Assembly: GCA_035509435.1 (NCBI GenBank)
Contig: DATJLR010000003.1
Location: 11,853 to 75,852, forward strand
From: Minisyncoccota bacterium
GTDB taxonomy: Bacteria > Patescibacteriota > Minisyncoccia > UBA6257 > 2-01-FULL-56-20
Direction: 5' to 3'
Length of the DNA stretch: 64,000 nt
A model generated the notes under the pieces. It saw only the letters and a list, made by a program, of their open reading frames with translations, was not told where the DNA came from and did not search any database. The position numbers and the translations under genes were made by a program. Positions 27,931-38,600 of the stretch are shown here, piece after piece (the first letter of the stretch is position 1; each line of letters starts with the position of its first letter).

Positions 27931-28674
27931 GTGAAGCTATCAAAAATGCAATTCGCAACCGTGGGTCTCGAGCTCCTGACCCTCACCATCTTCGCGTCCA
28001 CAGCAATCGGACAGGCACGGCAAAATGTTGTGCATCAGGCATTCTATGCCTTAAGCACATCCGCCAATGGAACCTCCACCCAAACCATCAACGGTAATTA
28101 TGTCGGCAACTGGAACTGGCTCAACAGCAATTACAGCTCCTACAATGTCGTCAAAAATTGGTACAACTATTACCAAAACGGCAGCTGGACATGCTATCCG
28201 TCAGATTTTGCCGCAGCTGGCGACGTGTGCCCAAATCTCACCGGCCATCCCGTCGCGAGTTTCTATTCCAATCCTGGCGGCTATGGCTATAGCCCGATTA
28301 TCCCTGAGGTTGCCTATGGCCGCGGCGGTCAATGCACTTATTTTGCGAACCTTGTCGTCTATCGCTCGGGAGTCTACACCGGAAGTTTCCCGAGCCTATC
28401 CAATATGTGGGCTGCTGGAAACTCCAATATGCAACAGGTCCAGATCGGGGACGTGATCCTGAGGTACAACGTCGCTGGCTATGTCAATCATATCGCCATT
28501 GTGGTACAGGTCTATACGAATGGCGGTTCCGTGACAAGCGTTGACGTCGTCGATTCGGATTACTTCCCTGATTATCTTTCGGGCGTAAGTTACCCGGAAG
28601 TGATCACACGGCACAATTTCCCCATCGCCAACCTGCAGGGATATTTCAGGATATGGAAGGTGCCCGGCTACTAA
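27931..28674 (+). CDS. secreted CHAP-like cysteine peptidase/amidase
   Basis: Signal peptide; GGQCTYFA (Cys), GDVI, NHIAIV (His), VVDSD. Confidence 0.7.
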   Translation: MKLSKMQFATVGLELLTLTIFASTAIGQARQNVVHQAFYALSTSANGTSTQTINGNYVGNWNWLNSNYSSYNVVKNWYNYYQNGSWTCYPSDFAAAGDVCPNLTGHPVASFYSNPGGYGYSPIIPEVAYGRGGQCTYFANLVVYRSGVYTGSFPSLSNMWAAGNSNMQQVQIGDVILRYNVAGYVNHIAIVVQVYTNGGSVTSVDVVDSDYFPDYLSGVSYPEVITRHNFPIANLQGYFRIWKVPGY

Positions 28675-28751
28675 AAACCAAGTTCTGGAGGGGTAAAACA
28701 ACCCCTCCATTTTTTAATCTTTTTTTAATGTTAATATGCTATGCTCATCTT

Positions 28752-29348
28752 ATGAAAAAATTATTAAACAGAAAATATATCGCTTTTGCTTGCATGGTCA
28801 CGGTCACAATCGTTGCCATCGGATGCATTTTCCTGTGGCGATATCACTTTAGCCCCGTTCAATCCCGCACCTCAACGATGGCTCTCCCCGAAATTCAAAC
28901 ACCTTCAGGCTGGTATTTGTGGGGAAAAGATCATCTTCCTGCGGGCACTAACGGCCCCGTCAATAACATTACCTTCGGAAATAAGCCAATGGCATCAGCG
29001 GACGATGCGGCGACCATGATAGTTGTTAACGCGCAAGATCCCTTTGGAAGAACCGATGAGCAATGGATTGCTGATGTCCTCTCCTCTTCCCTGGAAGAGC
29101 TGGGAAGTCCTACATCCACGCGGCTGTGGAGTGCGATCAATGGGAGGCTCGTACTAAGGGCGGTAACGCAAACACCTGCGGGTGGCTATGATCTTAATTA
29201 CTATATCCTTAATGATGGGGTGGAATATATATTCCAACTTGATCCGACACATGCCGATGATAATATATCATCCAGCTCCGACGCACAGACGCTGCACACC
29301 ATGGTTCAGAATTTTGCCGAGAGCCTGCCGCCCATCGTTTCTCAATAA
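28752..29348 (+). CDS. membrane-anchored hypothetical protein (PsbP-like fold possible)
   Basis: Basic N-terminus plus TM; P.GW motif; TATGCT-N6-ATG start. Confidence 0.65.
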   Translation: MKKLLNRKYIAFACMVTVTIVAIGCIFLWRYHFSPVQSRTSTMALPEIQTPSGWYLWGKDHLPAGTNGPVNNITFGNKPMASADDAATMIVVNAQDPFGRTDEQWIADVLSSSLEELGSPTSTRLWSAINGRLVLRAVTQTPAGGYDLNYYILNDGVEYIFQLDPTHADDNISSSSDAQTLHTMVQNFAESLPPIVSQ

Positions 29349-29403
29349 ATAATAGGGTTAAAAAAAGCCCTAACAGTTCCGTTGGGGCTTTTTTTCTTTC
29401 ATT

Positions 29404-29637
29404 CTACGCCGCAGGCAACTCCTTTTCGTCCGGCAACGCCGCGAACTTGGCCTTAAAATCTTCGAACCACTTCGTGGTCTCTTCCGGCTTCATCGCCTTC
29501 ACCTGCGCCGCAAGGTCGGGATGCGCCGCTTCGACGTGCTTCATCGCCTCCGCCACCACTTCCTCCGGCGCAGTGCCGGTGAACACCGTCGTGCACGTTG
29601 CCGGGCCGCCCATCGAAGGGCATGTCACCTGTTTCAT
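29404..29637 (-). CDS. DUF1059-like small metal-binding protein
   Basis: MKQVTC...GG..C...HVEAAH. Confidence 0.75.
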   Translation of the reverse strand: MKQVTCPSMGGPATCTTVFTGTAPEEVVAEAMKHVEAAHPDLAAQVKAMKPEETTKWFEDFKAKFAALPDEKELPAA

Positions 29638-29689
29638 GTTGCTTATATATAGATTAGATTTATTTTTTATCGACCGATCTGAATGATCA

Positions 29690-32600
29690 TTATAGCATGG
29701 ACCCTATCCCTTTCCGTAGCTCGCAGTACCGGCAATCCGGATCATGGCAGCCCTTGTTCCAGAACGAGAGGTCCAGTATCTCGCGCGCGACGTCCATCAC
29801 AAGTTTTTCAAGCACTTTCACCTCGCCGGGCGCGATCGCGAACTCCTCGCGATGCATCTTGCCGCGGTCGTCCGGTTCCACGAACTGGATGATGCCGTCG
29901 CGCATGTCGCGCTTCCCCTCCTTGTCGAGCAGCAGTTTATAGAACACGAGCTGGCGCTTGTAATTGCCGTCGCTCGATTTGGTGAGCCCCTCGATCTCGT
30001 TGCGCGTCTTGGGCTTGCCGGTCTTGTAGTCCACGACCCGCACCCGCTCGCCGTCCAAAAATTCCACGCGGTCCAGCTTGCCGTTGATCGGCGTGCCGTC
30101 CTCGAGCGTGATGCCGTCAATGCGCGCCTCGGCAAGCGCCCGCGGCGACCACGTCGCGTGATACTCGTCATAGAAAAGCGGCAGTGCACGCCGGCCCTTT
30201 TCGAGCGCCTCCTCGTACTCGCTCTCTTTTATCGGCTCGTGCGCGAGGGCTTCCTCAAAACGGCGGACAAGATATTCCTTTCCGCGATCCACGCCCGGCG
30301 CGCCGTCAGCGCCGCCGCTCAACGCGTCAAAATAACTTTTGAGCGCGGCGTGCACCGCGTTGCCGAACGACAGATTTTTGTTCGGTGCTTCCGGGATGCG
30401 CACAAGGTTGCGGTAGAAATATATCCATGGGCATTCAAGGTAATTGTTGAGCGCCGTCACGGAAATGCCTTGCGCGCGGAAAAGTTCGTTCAAAAATTCT
30501 TTGTCTTTGAGCTCGGGCACCCGCGCGGGCGCTGGCGCGAACTCGATCTCCTCGCGCCGCGCGGCAAAATCCTTCTCGTACGGCGCGACATCGAGCGGCG
30601 CCAGGATATTTTCCTTGAGCTCCGCGATGAACTGCGTCGGCAGCTGCTCCTTGCCGTCACGATCCGCCTTTGCAAGCGTCACGAACAGTTCCTTTCGCGC
30701 GCGCGTGAGGGCGACATAGAAGACGTTGCGTTCGTCCGCGTCATCGATCGCGCTCGCATCGTCATCATTCGCACCATCAGCATCCGCGGCAGCGCCCGTC
30801 GCCGCGCCTTCCGCCATCGCTCTATATATTCGTGTCGGCAGCTTGATCGCTTCGCGGCGGCGGCGCGATCCCCACTTGCCGTCCACGGCGTTCATGATGA
30901 AGACCACGTCGAACTCCAGTCCCTTCGCGCGGTGCGCGGTCATGAGCCGCACACGGCCGGGCAAGCGCACGGTGTCGGCGCTGCGGATCGCAAGGCCATG
31001 CTCTTCCATCAGGTCCAGATAGCGGAAAAAATCGTCCAGCGTGTAATTTTTCTGGCGTTCAACGAACGATTTCAAGATGTCAAAAAGCGCGTGGAGCTTT
31101 GCCAGTTTTTCCGTCGCGGACGGATGGTTCAGCGCCGTTGTCAGGAATCCCGACTCGTAGACGATCTTTTCAAAAGCCTCCGCCGCGCCGCGGTTTTTTG
31201 CCGCCCGAGACCAGGCCGAAAGCCCCTCAAAAAGCCGCCCATAGGCCATTTTTGAGCCATTATCCATGCCTGCCGCCTCAAGCAGGGCCGGCGACCGCAC
31301 CACCTCATAGAGCCGCCTGTGCTCACGGGCGGCATAGGCCGTCAGCTTATAGACATCGATCGGCGCGATGCCCAGAAAATCCACGTGCAGCGCCTCCGCG
31401 AGCGCCACGTCATTGCCGAACCGCTGGACCGCCCGCAGGATCCGCACCAGTTTTTTTATTTCTTCATCCCCCAACACGTCCTGATCCGACTCGATGCTGA
31501 ACGGCACCTTTTCCTTTTCAAGCATTCGCGCGAGCGGCACGACGTCGCGATTGTCGCGATAGAGCACCGCGACCTCCTCCGCCGGGGTCCGGTCATCCAC
31601 GTCCGACGCGGTTGCGATCAGCTCTTTTATTTTTTGTGCGATGAAATAATATTCCACGTCGGGTGACGCGAGCGCGGCGAGATGCGCGGGACTTTCCTTG
31701 CGCCCCGCGCGCGCCGCATGCCGTGCGTGCGCCACGAGCGCGGCATCGCGCGGCGACACGCCTTGCGCCGCGTCGAGGATCGCTTGCGTGGATCGGTAAT
31801 TGTTGCGTAATGTGATAAGCACAACATCTTTGTAGCGATCGCGGAAGTAGTGGAAGTTCTCGAGCGACGCGCCCTGAAAACGGAATATCGCCTGCTTCTC
31901 GTCGCCGACGACGAAAAGGTTCGGGCGCGGCGCGGCGCCTGCCACAAGTTCCACGATCCGGTTCTGCGCGTCATTCGTATCCTGATGTTCGTCCACCAAA
32001 AAATATTCGTATGAGCCCTGCAAAACACGGAGCAGTTCATCGCTCGCTTCGAGCGCGAGCGCGACGTACATGATCATATCGCTGTAGTCGTACTGTTTGG
32101 CCGCAACGAGCGCTTTCTGATACGCCGCGTACACTTCCGCGAGCTCGAGGTTGCGCTCGGCGTGCTTCGCCGCGCTCACATATTTTGTTTTTATCTTCCC
32201 TTCATATTTGCCGGACCGGTTCACAAGGTCCGGATCGGCATACAGGTCGCGCTTCGCGTCCGCGGCGATCGCGGCGAACGTCCCGGGCGACACGCCCTGG
32301 CGCTTCAGCTCATTGATCGCGCCGAGGATCGCGCGCAGATAATAGTAGCGGTCACCGAACGGACGCATGTCCCGCAAGCCGGGCAGCGTGTCGATCAGCC
32401 GCCGCAGGATGTCCACCTGCTCTATCTCGGTGATGCTCGTCGCGCCCACGATCGTCGGAAAATAGTCCGGATAGTCGCGGATGATGCGGTTCGCAAAGCC
32501 GTGGAACGTGGAGATCTCCACGCGATAGGCCTCCGCGCCCGCAAGCTCCACCAGGCGTCGGCGCATGGAGACGGCACCGGACTCGGTGAAGGTGAGCGCG

Positions 32601-32785
32601 AGGATCTTCTCCGGTGCCGCGGCGGAGCGCCGCAAAATATTCGCAATGCGCATCGCAAGCACCTCCGTCTTTCCCGTCCCCGGTCCCGCGATCACCATTA
32701 CCGGGCCATCAAGTGTGTCCACCGCGCGGCGCTGTTCGTCGTTCAGCGCCCCATATCGTTCCTCAAAAGCATCCGTGATCGGCAT
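29690..32785 (-). CDS. UvrD/PcrA-type helicase fused to a PD-(D/E)XK nuclease (AddA/AdnB-like)
   Basis: AGPGTGKT, VDEHQD, VGDEKQAIF, AKGLEF, YVALTRA; GKLDR...DYKTG; Cys staple YLECP...CHDPDCRYC. Confidence 0.92.
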   Translation of the reverse strand: MPITDAFEERYGALNDEQRRAVDTLDGPVMVIAGPGTGKTEVLAMRIANILRRSAAAPEKILALTFTESGAVSMRRRLVELAGAEAYRVEISTFHGFANRIIRDYPDYFPTIVGATSITEIEQVDILRRLIDTLPGLRDMRPFGDRYYYLRAILGAINELKRQGVSPGTFAAIAADAKRDLYADPDLVNRSGKYEGKIKTKYVSAAKHAERNLELAEVYAAYQKALVAAKQYDYSDMIMYVALALEASDELLRVLQGSYEYFLVDEHQDTNDAQNRIVELVAGAAPRPNLFVVGDEKQAIFRFQGASLENFHYFRDRYKDVVLITLRNNYRSTQAILDAAQGVSPRDAALVAHARHAARAGRKESPAHLAALASPDVEYYFIAQKIKELIATASDVDDRTPAEEVAVLYRDNRDVVPLARMLEKEKVPFSIESDQDVLGDEEIKKLVRILRAVQRFGNDVALAEALHVDFLGIAPIDVYKLTAYAAREHRRLYEVVRSPALLEAAGMDNGSKMAYGRLFEGLSAWSRAAKNRGAAEAFEKIVYESGFLTTALNHPSATEKLAKLHALFDILKSFVERQKNYTLDDFFRYLDLMEEHGLAIRSADTVRLPGRVRLMTAHRAKGLEFDVVFIMNAVDGKWGSRRRREAIKLPTRIYRAMAEGAATGAAADADGANDDDASAIDDADERNVFYVALTRARKELFVTLAKADRDGKEQLPTQFIAELKENILAPLDVAPYEKDFAARREEIEFAPAPARVPELKDKEFLNELFRAQGISVTALNNYLECPWIYFYRNLVRIPEAPNKNLSFGNAVHAALKSYFDALSGGADGAPGVDRGKEYLVRRFEEALAHEPIKESEYEEALEKGRRALPLFYDEYHATWSPRALAEARIDGITLEDGTPINGKLDRVEFLDGERVRVVDYKTGKPKTRNEIEGLTKSSDGNYKRQLVFYKLLLDKEGKRDMRDGIIQFVEPDDRGKMHREEFAIAPGEVKVLEKLVMDVAREILDLSFWNKGCHDPDCRYCELRKGIGSML

Positions 32786-32871
32786 GACAAAAGCTTACTC
32801 TCAAAATCTCCGTAACTCAATAAAAGAAAACAACCCCTCCTATATCAGGAAGGGTTGTTTTCTTTTGCGCC

Positions 32872-33741
32872 TTAGAAGCCGAAGAGGTGGGCAAAGAATC
32901 CTCCGATCATTCCGAAGAATCCGCCGAAGCCGCCTCCGAAGCCGCCTTTTACGGTCGAGCTGCCTGTCGAGGAACCGTTCGACGGCTTTGCGCCCTGGTC
33001 AAGGATGGACGATGCCGTTATGGACGTGCCGTTGACCGTGCCCTGCACCACAACATTGTCGCCGATGGCAAGATCGGTGGCCGCCGTTGTCGTGCCGTTC
33101 TTTACGATCGTGGCATTCGTGACATCGATCGTGTACGTGACATTGCTCGCGTTCGTCACGGTCAGCGTGTCGCCGTTGATCTGGGCAATGCTACCGCCGA
33201 CGACCGGCTCACCGTTGCCCTGGATGGGCGAAACCGGGGGCGTGGAGGTCGGATGTCCGGGGCCGCCTTTGCCGCCCCACATGCCCGGGCCGCCGGCCGC
33301 GGGACCCATCACTCCGTCGCGGATCACGGTTGCCGCCACGTCGGTGCCGCTCACCGTGCCCTGCACCATCACTTTATCTCCTATCGCGATGCTCGAGACC
33401 GGAACGGTCGTTGTCGCGCTGCCTTTATAGACCGTCGCGTTGGTCGCATCGACCGTAAAGACGGTGGAGGTCGCGCCCGACGGCGCGCCCGGGGCGCTCT
33501 TGAACGGACGCAGCATAGCGGTCACGCTCAGCGTATCGCCATTCACCGCCGTCACATCGCCGAAGACCCCTGGCGGCATCCCGCCCCGCATTCCGCCGCG
33601 GAACTGGCCCTGCGCCGCTCCCCCGCCCGTCTGGGCAAACACCGGAAGCGCGATCAGCATGCTGGCCGCGAGCGCCACCGCGGTCGCTATGGGAACATAT
33701 TTTTCTTTCGTCATTTTTTTATTTTTCTTTAATTTCCGCAT
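32872..33741 (-). CDS. secreted protein with two DUF5666-like OB-type repeats
   Basis: Two G.V..INGDTL.V...IGD.V.VQGTV.GT repeats; start may be MTKEK (about 33714). Confidence 0.75.
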   Translation of the reverse strand: MRKLKKNKKMTKEKYVPIATAVALAASMLIALPVFAQTGGGAAQGQFRGGMRGGMPPGVFGDVTAVNGDTLSVTAMLRPFKSAPGAPSGATSTVFTVDATNATVYKGSATTTVPVSSIAIGDKVMVQGTVSGTDVAATVIRDGVMGPAAGGPGMWGGKGGPGHPTSTPPVSPIQGNGEPVVGGSIAQINGDTLTVTNASNVTYTIDVTNATIVKNGTTTAATDLAIGDNVVVQGTVNGTSITASSILDQGAKPSNGSSTGSSTVKGGFGGGFGGFFGMIGGFFAHLFGF

Positions 33742-33923
33742 TTATCCTTCTGCATATGCCGGGCCGATTCGACCATCACCCCATGCCTATGGTGCCACAG
33801 AACAATACGCTTTTCCTTTATAAAAGGTTGCAGAAGGGGTGGAATAAAACAGTCCCCTTGGCCGTATTATCCTTTGTTACGCTTAAAAAAGGTCGGCAAC
33901 GTAAATTAATATCGTTACATTCC

Positions 33924-34070
33924 ATGTGGCAAGACTGGGTAAACTTCATTCTCGGTATCGTGCTGATCGTCATAGCATACTCTGCGGCAAGCACGACGTG
34001 GATAGCGATCGTAGGCGTCCTCATCATCATCTTCTCGCTATGGGGCGCTTTAGGGGGTAGGAAGGCGTAA
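33924..34070 (+). CDS. SPW-repeat-like small membrane protein
   Basis: MWQDWVNFILG...GVLIIIFSLW; AAAGGTCG leader. Confidence 0.7.
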   Translation: MWQDWVNFILGIVLIVIAYSAASTTWIAIVGVLIIIFSLWGALGGRKA

Positions 34071-34081
34071 AGAAACAGACA

Positions 34082-34119
34082 GCATCAAAAAGCCCCGCGC
34101 GCGCGGGGCTTTTTGATGC
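34082..34119. repeat. perfect 38-bp palindrome (bidirectional terminator-like)
   Basis: GCATCAAAAAGCCCCGCGC|GCGCGGGGCTTTTTGATGC. Confidence 0.85.
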
Positions 34120-34136
34120 ATCGCAATGCGCATCCG

Positions 34137-34406
34137 TCACGCGATCCGGAACCCCGTGAACGTTCCGCGCGATGCGGACCACACGGCTTCCACGCGATTC
34201 ACCTTTGCCGTGACGGGTCCCTTTTGGCACCACACCAGGAATTTTTTGAGGTCATCCTCCTCGCCCTCCGCCTCTATATACACCGTCCCCTCGGGCTCGT
34301 TCATCACGAATCCCGCAATATGCATCGCGCGTGCCGTCCAATACGCGGCGTCGCGGAACCCGACGCCCTGCACATCGCCATAGATCTTCATTGTAAGATT
34401 TTTCAT
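34137..34406 (-). CDS. acyP: acylphosphatase
   Basis: GDVQGVGFR...GFVMNEPEGTV...GP. Confidence 0.93.
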   Translation of the reverse strand: MKNLTMKIYGDVQGVGFRDAAYWTARAMHIAGFVMNEPEGTVYIEAEGEEDDLKKFLVWCQKGPVTAKVNRVEAVWSASRGTFTGFRIA

Positions 34407-34463
34407 ATCATCATGATATCAAAAACAGCCCCCGAAGCGAGGGCTGTTTTTATTGCCGACAGC

Positions 34464-35174
34464 CTATTGCACCGACACGCTGGTCGTTGCGGATGCCTGG
34501 GCCTCCGTCTGGATCGCGGCAGTGATCGCGTTCACGAGCATTGCCTTATCCTGAAGCTGTGCCTGAGTGCTTGCCGTCACGCTCGCGTCGGCCTGTGTGC
34601 CGAGCGCCGCGCCTGACTGCTGGATCGCCGCTGCCACCGCTGCCTGTACCGGCGTCGTATCCTTCGCGTACAGGAAGCCATACCACGGCGTGCTTACCTT
34701 TACGTTCCCCTGCGCGTCAACGTTCACGTTTCCCGCAATGGATGTCTGGAAGAGGCCGAGGAACTTCGCGGGCTGGGCATACGTGACGTCCATGCTGCCG
34801 TCACTCTGTACATTGATGTTCTTTACCGCCGGGCGCGCCTGGATGACCAGGGAGTTGTACGCCGACAGGTCATCGTTCGTCTGGATGAGTCCGAGCGTAT
34901 TGCCCTGCAACTGCACGACCGCATCATCCGAAGATGTCGCGATGGTGCCGGATTGCACTTCTGCCTGCAACCCCGCGTTCACCTGCAATCCAGCGCTGCC
35001 TGCCGTCGCCGTGCCGCTTGCCTGCACGTCCGTCTGGGCGGTCGCCGTCGCCGTGCCGCCAAGCGCGGCATTCACATCACCGGTGACATTGCCCGTCACA
35101 CCCAACGCATAGGCATTCGCACCCAAAAGGAGCGTCGTGCCGACCACAAAAACGCCGAAAACTTTTTTGTCCAT
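34464..35174 (-). CDS. secreted Ala/Thr-rich hypothetical protein
   Basis: Signal peptide; PAKFLGLF...PWYGFL motif. Confidence 0.8.
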   Translation of the reverse strand: MDKKVFGVFVVGTTLLLGANAYALGVTGNVTGDVNAALGGTATATAQTDVQASGTATAGSAGLQVNAGLQAEVQSGTIATSSDDAVVQLQGNTLGLIQTNDDLSAYNSLVIQARPAVKNINVQSDGSMDVTYAQPAKFLGLFQTSIAGNVNVDAQGNVKVSTPWYGFLYAKDTTPVQAAVAAAIQQSGAALGTQADASVTASTQAQLQDKAMLVNAITAAIQTEAQASATTSVSVQ

Positions 35175-35291
35175 GCTAAATAGTTTTATGTTAATTTAAT
35201 GACCGACCGATGAACAGATTCGACCTTTCATCGAGTATCGCAATATCATACGCTCGCGGCGCTGATGCCGTTACAGCAGTCTATATATCTA

Positions 35292-35564
35292 TTAATAACT
35301 TCCTTGCACCTGCACCGCCACGCAGACCCCTCCCACGTCCCCGAACGGGGCGGTGGAACTCGGATTCGGTTCACACTGATAGCCGGTAGCGCAGACAGGG
35401 GCGTTCACTATGTTGCCCCCGCACCGCTGTCCTGCTCCCGCGACGGGAGCTGACGGCGAAGCATTGCCGGCCGGACCGGCGCCCGTCATTGCGTAGTAAT
35501 ACCAGATCGCCGCGCCGAGCAGCACTATCACGATCGCCAATATGATCCACGATGTTTTGCTCAT
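35292..35564 (-). CDS. small membrane-anchored protein with a 4-Cys domain
   Basis: TM, then CGG...C..GYQC...GGVC. Confidence 0.75.
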   Translation of the reverse strand: MSKTSWIILAIVIVLLGAAIWYYYAMTGAGPAGNASPSAPVAGAGQRCGGNIVNAPVCATGYQCEPNPSSTAPFGDVGGVCVAVQVQGSY

Positions 35565-35673
35565 ATTACTATAATACACCCGCCAGCCGTTTTTTAAAGC
35601 AAAAAAAACGGGCAGGGGCGGATGACGAGGCCGTCTTCGTCGCCCACCCCTGCCCGCGCGGATATTACAGGAT

Positions 35674-38600
35674 CTAATGCGATCCGTGTCCCTGCAGTGT
35701 CCCTAAGTACTGCTCGAGCAGGAGAAGCAATTGCTGCTGCAACGCGGCGATCTCCTGTTCAAGGGCATCTTGCCCCGTCGTGCTTGCGCCCAGCACCTCC
35801 CCTCCATGGCCGCCGAAGGGACCGCTCCCCACTATCACGATGAACGGCGAGGAGAAGAAGCTGTTGCCATCGGCATGGTACGTTTCCGTGACCACGCAGT
35901 TCCCTATATCTCCCGCCATCACGCCGTCCACGCTGTCGCACTGCCCATTGGTCGTTTCGTTATAATGCGACGGCCCGGAGACGTTCACGTAGTACGGCGT
36001 GTTCGGATCGATCGTGAGCGTCGTGCCGGACGCGCTGCCCGGGAATGTCGACGTCGGGCTCGGATGCGTCGCGAGCACGTTCACGGTAAAGTCGGACGAG
36101 GTTGCGGTGCCGCTTGCGGAGTTATCCACGTTGACCACCACGTTGAGGAAGCTCGTGGTCGCCGGAGCAAGCGAGAATGTCACCGTGTAATCCTGGGTCG
36201 TTGAGCTGTCCTGCGCCGTTACCGCCACCGTCGCGGTTCCCGTCGTGCTCGTGGCCTGCGTGATCACCTCGGTCGCGTTCGGATCCGTCGTTGTCGCCGT
36301 TACCGTGGGAACCGTGTTCGTGTTGAACGGAAGAATGACGTCGTACGCGGTCGTACCCGGATCGAATGACGGGTCAAGCGCTCCCGCGGAGACGCCGAGC
36401 GCGCTCAACGTGTCGTCGGTGTTGAGGCACAGCGTGGTGAACGATTCAACCGCGCCCGGATACCACTCACCGCCGATCTCGGACCATGCCACGAAGTAGT
36501 ATGTGGTATCCGGAGCGAGATTGCTCAGCGATTCGCTGAACGCGCCGCCGGCCCCTGCGGCGCCGAGGCCGCTGTCATGCGACCAGCCGGTCGCCGGGAA
36601 TTCGGTGGCGTTCTGGCCGGCATCGAACGGACCCGCCGGGGTCGTCCCCCACCAGAACGAAGTGTTCTCTGCAGTGGTCGAACCGTTCGTACCGTTCACC
36701 GTCGCGCCGAACTGGCCGACGTTCGTGGCTGGATCGGTCGTCACGTACGTAGGCAAAGCGGTGGTGAATGACTGCATCGCACCCGGATACCACGTCCCAT
36801 CAACATCAGACCATGCCACGTAGTAATAGGTGACGCCGGGTTGGATCGCGGGCATCGTGCCGGCGACCTGGCCGTGCACGACCGCGTCGGTCGTGAGCGA
36901 CGAGAGCGATGCGGAGAACGGCGTGCCGGAAGCGATCGCGCCGAGGTCAGGCGTGGAATATACGCCGACGGGGATCACCGGCGTCGAGGTGCTGAACGTG
37001 GACGTCGACACCCAGAACGAATGGCCGGCCGCGTCATAATCATCGTTCGTGCCGTTCAGCATCGCGTCGGACATCGTGATGCCGGTCGGCGCATCGGTCG
37101 TCACGTACACGGGCGCGCCGCACGCGTACACGTCAACCGACAGCGTTCCGGTATTGTCGCCGTAGAACGACGCGTCCGGCGCGGGCGATGCCGCGGTGGC
37201 GTCGCCGTCGAACACCAGGAGGTTGATCGGATTTCCGGTTCCAGTGTAGAGATAGGAATATGCATGCGACGGCTGATATGATCCCCAATTGACGAACTGG
37301 CCGTCCAGCTGGAGCTTGAACTCGTTCGATCCCAAAAGATATGGAGCGATGTTGTATCCCTGCATGTATGTCGTCCAGCTATCCACGCTCGCGTACGCCG
37401 GATCCACAAAGTTGAAACCGCCGTTGTCCCATGTGCCGGACGCGACAAGGAGGTATTGCTGTCCGTTCGCCAGGCTGTTCGTGCCGACGGTCGGAACGTC
37501 CGATGCCGAATCAACCGTATCTGTTTCCACGAGCGAGGGGAAGGTTCCGGCCGGGCACGTCGTGAGCGCCGGCGTCGGTGCCGTATCGATCGTCATGGCC
37601 CAGACCGGGCTCCACGCGCTCATGGTGCCGCTCGCGTCTATGGCACGGACCTGCCAGTACCATGTACCATCCGGCGCGCCGGTGGAATGGATGGAAGACG
37701 TGGTAAGCGTTCCCGAATCCCAAAGGCCGGTCGTAAGAACACCGTCCGTCTCCGCCGGATTCATAGACGAATGGAACTCATACGTGATCGTGCTCGTCGG
37801 GGTTTCCGTGGACGGGTTCCACGTGAAATAGAAATCGTTCGTCGGCTCAATATCGCCGTTCACCGGACTGATCAATGTCGGCACCGAAGGCGACGGAGGG
37901 ACATTCTCTATATCATAGTTCTTGAAGTAATTATCGCCCGACCCGGAAGGATTGCCGGCCGCGTCAAAGACCTTGCCGACATCAAGGGTGGAACTGCCAT
38001 TATCGAGCAGGGTCGTATCGACGGTGAATGTTCCCGTACCGTTCGAAAGATCTACGTTTGCGCCCTTGCTCTTCTGCGCTCCCCCGTTGTTATAGAGGTA
38101 TACCCATACATTTTTGTTCTTGGTTGGATCGAGCGGATTGTTATCGGTCACGTTGATCGTGAACGTCGTTGTCCCGCTCAACGTGCTGCCGGGAGCCGGC
38201 GTAACGGTCACCACCGGAGCTATCGTGTCAGGGATCACCTCCGACGAAGTAAGGCTGATGTTATCAAAGAGGAATCCGTATCCCGCGTCCGCCGGATGCG
38301 CCGCACCGCGCGCCTGGATGATCATCGTCTTCACGATGCGCGGACTCTGCTCCGCCGACGCCTCACTGTCGTACCAATAATAATTCTCCCAGCTCGTGCC
38401 GGTGTGAACGAGGGTTCCGTCGATGTAAACTTTCACGATGTCGTTGGACACCCCATCCACGGCGTCGAACGTCAGCTTGATGGTGTGCGGGACCGTGCGA
38501 TCCAGATTGGTCGCGATCTGCGTCTCCACAAAAGTCGCGGGATTGGTCGTCCCCTCCACATCATCGAAGAACACATTAATGCCGCTCGCGCTATCCTCAA

